This document shows positions 18,342 to 25,255 of a stretch of 40,000 bases of DNA, one piece after another. This DNA is from Actinomycetota bacterium. Its GTDB lineage: Bacteria; Actinomycetota; UBA4738; HRBIN12. The stretch's first letter is position 1. Each line of letters opens with the position of its first letter. Position numbers and translations under genes: made by a program. The stretch is taken from positions 7,978 through 47,977 of the forward strand of contig DATMBJ010000161.1 of the NCBI GenBank assembly GCA_035559315.1, in the 5' to 3' direction. The notes under the pieces are model-generated. The model worked only from the letters and a program-made list of their open reading frames with translations, was not told the origin of the DNA and ran no database searches.

Positions 18342-20690
18342 GTGCCCGCTACCCTGCGTCGCATGCCCGCCACGGTTCGGACCCGTCCGCCCGCCAGGGA
18401 CCTGATCAAGCGCGTCCTCCTCGGCCGGGCCCTCGCCACCCACGAGCAGGAGCACCAGCTCCTGCCGAAGATCCTCGCGCTCCCGGTCTTCTCCTCGGAC
18501 CCCCTCTCCTCGAACGCCTACGCGACCGAGGAGATGATGCTGGTCCTGGTGCTGGCCGGCTCCGGGGCCCTCTCGCTCCGGCTCCCCATCGCCCTGGCCA
18601 TCGCCGCGCTCCTCGTGGTCGTCGTGACCTCCTACCGGCAGACCGTGCGTGCGTACCCGCGGGGCGGTGGCTCCTACATCGTGGCCCGGGAGAACCTGGG
18701 GACCCTCCCCGGGCTGGTCGCCGCGGCGGCGATCCTCTCCGACTACGTCCTCACGGTGGCGGTCTCGATCACCGCGGGGACGATCGCGATCACCTCCGCG
18801 GTGCCGGCCCTCCGCGAGCACCGGGTGGGGATGGCCCTGGCCCTGGTGGGGTTCGTCACGCTCGCGAACCTCCGGGGGGTGAAGGAGACCGGAACGCTCT
18901 TCGCCATCCCCACCTACGGGTTCGTCGCGATGGTCGGGCTCACGCTCGCCACCGGCTTCCTCCGGTGCCTCTCCGGCTGCCCGGTGGCCGAGACCGCCGA
19001 CCTGCCGCTCCCGCGGGAGGGGCCCCTCACGTGGTTCCTGGTCCTCCGGGCCTTCGCCTCGGGGGCCACCGCCCTCACCGGGGTCGAGGCGATCGCGGAC
19101 GGCGTGGGCGCGTTCCGGCGGCCCCAGGCGAGGAACGCCGCCGCCACCCTCGCGATCATGGGCGCGATGAGCGTCACGATGTTCCTGGGGATCACCTGGC
19201 TGGCGGGCGCGCTCCACGTCCGGACCAACCACGAGATCGCGCTCCACACCTCGGTCCTGGCCCAGATCGGGGAGACCGTGTTCGGCCACGGGGTCCTCTT
19301 CGCCCTCCTGCAGGCGGCCACCGCCGGGATCCTGGTGCTGGCGGCGAACACCGCGTACCAGGACTTCCCGAGGCTCTCCTCGATCCTCGCCCGCGACCGG
19401 TTCATGCCGGCCCAGTTCCGCAACCGGGGCGACCGGCTGGTGTTCTCCAACGGCGTGCTCGCCCTGGCGACCCTGGCGGGGGTGCTCATCTGGGCCTTCG
19501 ATGCGGAGCTGACCCGGCTGATCCAGCTCTACGTCGTCGGGGTGTTCACGGCGTTCACGCTGTCGCAGGCCGGGATGGTCCGGCGGTGGATCGGGCGGCG
19601 GGAGCCCGGCTGGCGCCGCAGCGCCGCGATCAACGGGGTGGGGGCGGCGGTCACCGGGGTCGTCCTGGTCATCGTCACGCTCACGAAGTTCACCCGCGGG
19701 GCGTGGATCGTGATCGCGGCGATGCCCGTGATCGTCTCGTTCTTCCTCGCCGTGCGCCGGCACTACGAGCGGACCGGGCGCCTGCTCCGGGCCAGGGGGC
19801 TGCGGGCCGACGTCGAGGCCCGGACGTCGTTCCTGATGCTCGTGCCCGACCTCGGGCCTGCCGTCGCGGACGCCGCCGCCTACCTCCTCGCGGTCCGCCC
19901 CGACCGGGTGGTGCCGCTCTACGTGGGGCCGCCCGAGGCCTTCGAGGAGGTGGCCGCCGGGTGGGCGACGCTCGCGCCCCGGCTCGGGAAGCTCGAGCGG
20001 CTGCCGCGGGCGGCCGAGCAGCCGGTCCGGGCGCTCCGCGCGTACCTCCGGTCGATGCCCCGCGAGCCCGACGGGTTCGTCACGGTCGTGATCCCCGAGC
20101 GGATCGGGCGCCGGTCGCCGCTCCGGCCGCTCGGCGAGCGGCGGGCGCTCCTCCTCAAGACCTCGCTGCTGTTCGAGCCGGGGGTGGTGGTGACGAACGT
20201 CCCGCTCCTCCCGGAGGAGGAGCCGTTCGTGGCGACGCGGGGGGAACACGCGGTCGAGCTCCGCCGGAGCGTGGTGCTGGTGCCGGTGTCGGCGGTCCAC
20301 GACGCCACCGTCCGGGCGGTGGTCTACGCGAAGGCCCTGCGCCCGGCGGTCCTCGAGGCGCTCTACTTCGTCACCGACCCCGAGGAGGTCGGCCCGATGG
20401 TCGAGGAGTGGCACCGGCGGCGCATCGACGTGCCGCTCGCGATGGTGGAGGCGCCCTTCCGCGACCTGGGCCCGCCGCTCCTGGCGGAGATCCGCTCCCA
20501 TACCCGGCGGGAGGACACCGTGGTGACCGTGGTCCTGCCCGAGTTCGTCGTGCGGCGGTGGTGGGAGCACGTGCTCCACAACCAGACCGCGTTCTACTTC
20601 AAGCGGCTGCTCCTCTACGAGCCGCGGGTGGTGGTGACGAGCGTCCCCTACCACCTGGGCGCCGGGGCGGCGGAGCCGGGCGCGCCGTGA
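18342..20690 (+). CDS. APC-superfamily permease with about 300-aa C-terminal cytoplasmic tandem USP-like extension (copy 1)
   Basis: The N-terminal 12-TM permease has LPVFSSDPLSSNAYATEE, ANLRGVKETG and FPRLSSILARDRFMP. The C-terminus carries two repeated alpha/beta modules. The start is GTG 18342 or ATG 18363 (MPATLRR/MPATVRT). Confidence 0.85.
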   Translation: MPATLRRMPATVRTRPPARDLIKRVLLGRALATHEQEHQLLPKILALPVFSSDPLSSNAYATEEMMLVLVLAGSGALSLRLPIALAIAALLVVVVTSYRQTVRAYPRGGGSYIVARENLGTLPGLVAAAAILSDYVLTVAVSITAGTIAITSAVPALREHRVGMALALVGFVTLANLRGVKETGTLFAIPTYGFVAMVGLTLATGFLRCLSGCPVAETADLPLPREGPLTWFLVLRAFASGATALTGVEAIADGVGAFRRPQARNAAATLAIMGAMSVTMFLGITWLAGALHVRTNHEIALHTSVLAQIGETVFGHGVLFALLQAATAGILVLAANTAYQDFPRLSSILARDRFMPAQFRNRGDRLVFSNGVLALATLAGVLIWAFDAELTRLIQLYVVGVFTAFTLSQAGMVRRWIGRREPGWRRSAAINGVGAAVTGVVLVIVTLTKFTRGAWIVIAAMPVIVSFFLAVRRHYERTGRLLRARGLRADVEARTSFLMLVPDLGPAVADAAAYLLAVRPDRVVPLYVGPPEAFEEVAAGWATLAPRLGKLERLPRAAEQPVRALRAYLRSMPREPDGFVTVVIPERIGRRSPLRPLGERRALLLKTSLLFEPGVVVTNVPLLPEEEPFVATRGEHAVELRRSVVLVPVSAVHDATVRAVVYAKALRPAVLEALYFVTDPEEVGPMVEEWHRRRIDVPLAMVEAPFRDLGPPLLAEIRSHTRREDTVVTVVLPEFVVRRWWEHVLHNQTAFYFKRLLLYEPRVVVTSVPYHLGAGAAEPGAP

Positions 20691-23047
20691 GGGTCGCGAC
20701 GCTCCCGCCCCGACGCCGGGGGGGCCTGCTCAAGCGGGTCCTGGTGGGGCGCGCGATGGCGAGCGCGCGGCTCGAGCACACGCTGCTGCCGAAGGTCCTC
20801 GCGCTCCCGGTCTTCTCCTCCGACGCGCTCTCCTCGGTGGCCTACGCGACCGAGGAGATCCTGTTCGTGCTCTCGAGCGCGACCGCGGCGGCGTCGGCGC
20901 GCCGCTTCGTGATGCCGATCGCCCTGGCGATCGCCGCGCTCATGGTGATCGTGATCTCGTCCTACCGCCAGACGGTGCGGGCCTACCCCTCCGGCGGCGG
21001 GGCCTACATCGTGAGCAAGGAGAACCTGGGGACCCTGCCGGGCCTGGTCGCGGCGGCGGCCCTGCTCACCGACTACGTCCTCACGGTGGCCGTCTCGGTC
21101 GCGGCGGGGGTGTTCGCGATCACCTCGGCCCGGCCCGCGCTCCTCCCCCACCGGGTCGAGCTCGCGCTGGGGCTCGTCGCGTTCATCACGCTCGCGAACC
21201 TCCGCGGCGTGCGCGAGTCCGGCACGCTCTTCGCCGTCCCCACCTACGCGTTCATCGCCTCGATCCTCACGATGGTGGCCGTGGGCCTCGCCCGCTGCGC
21301 CGCCGCCTGCCCCGCCACCTCTCCCGTCCCGCCCCACCCCGACCTGGCCGCGGTCGCCGGGCCGGTCGGCGCGTTCACGATCCTGCGGGCCTTCTCCTCG
21401 GGCTCGACCGCCCTCACCGGCGTGGAGGCCATCTCGAACGGGGTGCCGGCGTTCCGCCGCCCCCAGGCGAAGAACGCCGCCGACACCCTGGCGATGATGG
21501 GGGCCATCGCGATCGCGATGTTCCTCGGGATCTCGTTCCTCGCCACCCACGTCCCCGGGATCACCGTGAGCGAGGAGCGGTCGGTCGTGGCCCAGATCGC
21601 CGACGCCGTCTTCGACGGCGGGATCGGCTTCTACGTCGTGCAGGCCTTCACCGCGGCCATCCTGGTGCTCGCGGCGAACACCGCCTACCAGGACTTCCCC
21701 AGGCTCTCGGCGATCCTCGCCCGGGACCGCTTCATGCCCCGGCAGTTCATGAACCGCGGGGACCGGCTCGTGTTCTCCAACGGCGTGCTGGCGCTCGCGA
21801 CCCTCGCCGGGCTGCTGCTCGTGGCGTTCGACGCCGAGGTCACCCGGCTGATCCAGCTCTACGTCGTGGGGGTCTTCACCTCGTTCACGCTCTCCCAGCT
21901 CGGGATGGTGCGGCACTGGCGGAAGGAGGGGGCGCGGGGGGAGGCCGCCCCCCGGGGGTGGCGGCGGGCGATGGCGATCAACGCGGTCGGCGGGCTCACC
22001 ACGGGCGTGGTGCTGGTCGTGATCACGGCCACCAAGTTCCTGCACGGGGCCTGGATCGTGATCGCGGCGATCCCGGTCATCGTGTCCGGCTTCCTCGCCG
22101 TCCACCGCCACTACGCGTCGGTGAGCCGGCAGCTCCGTCGCGGGGCCGTCCGACCGGGGGAGGTCGGGACCAACCACGTCGTGCTGCTCGTCCGCGACGT
22201 CGACGCGGCCGCCGCGGAGGCCCTGGGCTACGTCCGCTCGTTCCGCCCCCGGTACCTCCGGGCCGTCACCCCGACCCGCGAGGGACCGGCGCTCGAGGAC
22301 CTCCGGGCGCGGTGGCGGACCCTGCTCCGCGGGCCCGGGCCCGAGCTGGAACCCCTCCCGCCCGGCCCCGACCTCCTGGACTCCGTGCGGGCGTTCCTCG
22401 ATGGGATCCCGCGAGGGCCGGTCGACTTCGTCACGGTGGTGGTCCCCGAGCTCGTGGGCGAGTCGCTCGCCCTCTACCTCCTCCGGCGCCGGGCGCTCGT
22501 GCGGCTCAAGGCCGGGCTGCTCCGCGAGGCCGGGGTAGTCGTGACCGACGTCCCGGTGCTCGTGGAGGAAGGGCGGCCCGTGGGCGTCGACGCGCGGCCG
22601 CTGATCCCGACCCGGACCGTGGCCCTGGTGTTCGTGTCCGCGGTGCACGACGCGACGATCCGGGCCGTGAACTACGCCCGCTCCCTCGGGGCCCAGGAGA
22701 CCCGGGCCGTCTACTTCAGCCTGGACCCGGACGAGGCGGGCGTGATCGAGGAGGAGTGGGAGCGGGCCGACCCGGGCATCCCGCTGGACGTCGTGGAGGC
22801 CCCGTTCCGCGACCTCACCGGGCCGATCCTGGACGAGGTCCGGCGGGTGACCGCGACCCCGGAGGCGGTGTGCGCCGTGGTCCTCCCCGAGTTCGTGGTG
22901 GCCCGGTGGCGCCACGTGCTGCTGCACAACCAGAACGCCCTGTTCGTGAAGCGCCTGCTGCTCACCGAGCCGCGGGTCATCCTCTCGAGCGTCCCCTACC
23001 CGCTGGAGGAGGAGCGATGGATCGTGCGACGGCGCTCGCCCTCGTGA
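20687..23047 (+). CDS. APC-superfamily permease with C-terminal tandem USP-like extension (copy 2, tandem paralog)
   Basis: GTG 20687-20689 overlaps the copy-1 TGA (GTGA). The N-terminus LLKRVLVGRAMASARLEHTLLPKVLALPVFSSDALSSVAYATEE is colinear with copy 1, and the architecture is the same throughout. Confidence 0.85.
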   Translation: MRVATLPPRRRGGLLKRVLVGRAMASARLEHTLLPKVLALPVFSSDALSSVAYATEEILFVLSSATAAASARRFVMPIALAIAALMVIVISSYRQTVRAYPSGGGAYIVSKENLGTLPGLVAAAALLTDYVLTVAVSVAAGVFAITSARPALLPHRVELALGLVAFITLANLRGVRESGTLFAVPTYAFIASILTMVAVGLARCAAACPATSPVPPHPDLAAVAGPVGAFTILRAFSSGSTALTGVEAISNGVPAFRRPQAKNAADTLAMMGAIAIAMFLGISFLATHVPGITVSEERSVVAQIADAVFDGGIGFYVVQAFTAAILVLAANTAYQDFPRLSAILARDRFMPRQFMNRGDRLVFSNGVLALATLAGLLLVAFDAEVTRLIQLYVVGVFTSFTLSQLGMVRHWRKEGARGEAAPRGWRRAMAINAVGGLTTGVVLVVITATKFLHGAWIVIAAIPVIVSGFLAVHRHYASVSRQLRRGAVRPGEVGTNHVVLLVRDVDAAAAEALGYVRSFRPRYLRAVTPTREGPALEDLRARWRTLLRGPGPELEPLPPGPDLLDSVRAFLDGIPRGPVDFVTVVVPELVGESLALYLLRRRALVRLKAGLLREAGVVVTDVPVLVEEGRPVGVDARPLIPTRTVALVFVSAVHDATIRAVNYARSLGAQETRAVYFSLDPDEAGVIEEEWERADPGIPLDVVEAPFRDLTGPILDEVRRVTATPEAVCAVVLPEFVVARWRHVLLHNQNALFVKRLLLTEPRVILSSVPYPLEEERWIVRRRSPS

Positions 23048-23565
23048 GGGCGCGGGCGGAGAAGGAGACCACCGTCCGGCACCTGATCTCGGTGGAGGGG
23101 GTGATGCGCGCCCTGGCCCGCCGGTTCGGCGAGGACGAGGAGCTCTGGGGCCTGGCCGGCCTCTTCCACGACCTCGACCAGGACCGGACCCACGACGACC
23201 CCGGCCGCCACGGGTTCCTCGCCGCCGAGTGGCTCCGGGAGGCTGGCGTGGACGACCGGGTGGTGAACGCGGTCCTGGCCCACGCCCACGAGGCCTACCG
23301 GACCGACCGGATGTCGCGGGCCGTGGTCCACGCCGACGCCGTGGCCGGCCTCCTGGTCGCCGCCGCCCTGGTCCGGCCGGAGCGGGCCCGGGGGATGAAG
23401 GTCTCCTCGGTGAAGAAGAAGCTGAAGGAGAAGGCGTTCGCCCCGGGCGTGAACCGCGAGGAGGTCACCTCGGTCGAGGGCTCGCTCGGGCTTCCGCTCG
23501 ACGAGTTCCTGGCGGTGGCCATCGAGGGGCTCCAGGAGGTCGCCGCGGAGATCGACCTGGCGTAG
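23017..23565 (+). CDS. HD-domain metal-dependent phosphohydrolase
   Basis: ATG 23017 is preceded by GGAGGAGGAG. It has the H...HD motif RHLISVEGVMRALARRF...LAGLFHDLD and a downstream HA.H cluster (AVLAHAHEAY). The start lies 31 nt inside the preceding gene. Confidence 0.75.
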   Translation: MDRATALALVRARAEKETTVRHLISVEGVMRALARRFGEDEELWGLAGLFHDLDQDRTHDDPGRHGFLAAEWLREAGVDDRVVNAVLAHAHEAYRTDRMSRAVVHADAVAGLLVAAALVRPERARGMKVSSVKKKLKEKAFAPGVNREEVTSVEGSLGLPLDEFLAVAIEGLQEVAAEIDLA

Positions 23566-23577
23566 CCGTGGAGCGGG

Positions 23578-24468
23578 TCAGCCCTCCGCGGCGAGGCGGC
23601 CCCGACGCTCCATCAGCTCCGCGGCCACCTCGGCCCCGTAGACGAAGACCGGGGTGGCCACGTGGAGGACGGCGAGGATCCCGAGGGCGGCGGCGAACGC
23701 GCCGTACACGGCGGACGCCCGCGCGACGACCCGGAGGGCGTACCAGGTGCCCGCGACCTTGAGCGCGTTCCAGCCCGCCCCCATCGCGAGCGCCGCCGGG
23801 AGGAGATCCCGGTACGGCGGGCCCGGCCCGGGGGTCAGGTACCGGTACACCGCGAGGAAGAGGGCGGTATCCAGCGCGAAGGTGGCGGCGTAGCCGAGCG
23901 GGCGGAGCGGCCCGGCCGCCCCGCCCGAGAGGAGCGCGGTCGCCGCGGTCGAGGCCAGGGCGACCAGCCCGACGAGCCCCAGGGAGACGGCGGACCGGAG
24001 CTTCTGCAGGAGCAGGTTGCCGGTGGGGCGGCGACGGAACACCCGCGCGAGGACCTCGCGGGCGGCCTCCGCGGTCCCCAGGCTGGTCCAGAGGAGCCCC
24101 GCGAGGCCGACCGCCCCGGCCTCCGCCCTCCCCCGGGCGAGCGCGCGGAGGTTGCGTCCGAGCAGGGGCTCGAGCCCCGGGACCGCGCCGGCGAGCCGCT
24201 CCGCCCAGCGCGCCTGCTCCGCGGGGTCCGAGAGGACGAACCCGAGGACGGAGAGCCCGAGGAGCAGGAGCGGGAACAGGGACAGGAAGAGGTAGTAGGT
24301 GAGGGCCGCGGCGAGCATCCCGACGGCGTCCCGCGAGGCCCGCTCGGCCACGGCGATCGCCAGGCCGAGCCCGGGGGCCCGCCGGGCGCGGGCCGGGATT
24401 CCCTCGAGCGACCGCCGAACGCGGCGCGGGATCCGCCCGAGCGACCGCCGGGTCGGGTCGGGGCCCAT
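23578..24468 (-). CDS. YihY/BrkB (ribonuclease BN-like) family membrane protein
   Basis: AAALTYYLFLSLFPLLLLGLSVLGF and the overall six-TM pattern fit the family. The ATG at 24468 was chosen because the DedA gene ends at 24474. Confidence 0.75.
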   Translation of the reverse strand: MGPDPTRRSLGRIPRRVRRSLEGIPARARRAPGLGLAIAVAERASRDAVGMLAAALTYYLFLSLFPLLLLGLSVLGFVLSDPAEQARWAERLAGAVPGLEPLLGRNLRALARGRAEAGAVGLAGLLWTSLGTAEAAREVLARVFRRRPTGNLLLQKLRSAVSLGLVGLVALASTAATALLSGGAAGPLRPLGYAATFALDTALFLAVYRYLTPGPGPPYRDLLPAALAMGAGWNALKVAGTWYALRVVARASAVYGAFAAALGILAVLHVATPVFVYGAEVAAELMERRGRLAAEG

Positions 24469-24473
24469 GGGGG

Positions 24474-25136
24474 TCAGTCGCGATCCGGGGCCTCGGCGCG
24501 GATCCGGCGGACCCGATGGACCACCCACCACGCCGCGAGGGCGGCGAGGGCCAGGGCGACGAGCCACGAGATCGGGCGGAGGACCCGCTCCGCGGCGGCC
24601 CAGTTCTCCCCAAGGACGTAGCCGAGGCCGGCCAGGGCGGAGGTCCAGGGGAGGCAGCCGAGCAACGTGTAGACGCTGAAGCGCCCGAAGGGCATCCGAG
24701 CTACCCCGGCGGGGAGGCTGATGAACGTGCGGATCACCGGGAGCAGGCGGGAGAAGAAGACCGCGGCCTCGCCGTGGCGCTCGAACCACTCATGGGCCCG
24801 GTCGATCTCGTGGGGACGGATCAGGACGTAGCGTCCCCACCGTCGAGCGAGCGGGAGGCCCCCCACCGATCCCACCCAGTAGGCGAGCCAGGAGCCCACG
24901 AGGTTCGCCACGGCGCCCGTGAGGGAGACCACGACGAGGTCGAGCTCCCGCCCGGAGCCGGAGAAGGCGGGGCTCGCGAGGGCCCCGCCGAACAGCATCG
25001 TGACCTCGGAGGGGATCGGGATGCAGGCCGACTCGAGCACCATGAGGACGAACACCGCCACGTAGCCGTAGCGGCCGATCTCGTCCACGATGAAGTCCTG
25101 GATCGCCTCGAACACCCCGCCCTCCGGCCGGCCCAC
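24474..25136 (-). CDS. DedA family (SNARE-associated/VTT domain) membrane protein
   Basis: YGYVAVFVLMVLESACIPIPSEVTMLFGGALAS, RLLPVIRTFISLPAG and ARMPF are typical DedA motifs. Confidence 0.85.
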   Translation of the reverse strand: MGRPEGGVFEAIQDFIVDEIGRYGYVAVFVLMVLESACIPIPSEVTMLFGGALASPAFSGSGRELDLVVVSLTGAVANLVGSWLAYWVGSVGGLPLARRWGRYVLIRPHEIDRAHEWFERHGEAAVFFSRLLPVIRTFISLPAGVARMPFGRFSVYTLLGCLPWTSALAGLGYVLGENWAAAERVLRPISWLVALALAALAAWWVVHRVRRIRAEAPDRD

Positions 25137-25255
25137 CGTAGCATCCCCGGGTGGGGCCGCTCGCCCGACACCGCGGGGGGCGGTGGTACCGTGGGCCGCC
25201 GAGGGCGGGCCGGGGCCCCGGGCGGGCCGGCGGTCCGTGAGGTGTGAGGAAGACC

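Larger units (their letters stand above)
18342..23047 (+). repeat. Tandem gene duplication (two roughly 2.35-kb APC-permease paralogs)
   Basis: The two products are colinear over their full length, with long identical stretches such as ANTAYQDFPRLS.ILARDRFMP.QF.NRGDRLVFSNGVLALATLAG. Confidence 0.85.

Noticed and set aside
25137-25255. Direct repeat GGGCGGGCCGG (25203-25213 and 25220-25230) and inverted repeat CACCGC-N5-GCGGTG (25169-25185) in the DedA/topA divergent gap, considered as operator or promoter elements.
   Set aside because: These are short and pure G+C, so they are easily produced by chance at this base composition. I could not define convincing -35/-10 elements, so they are not reported as features.
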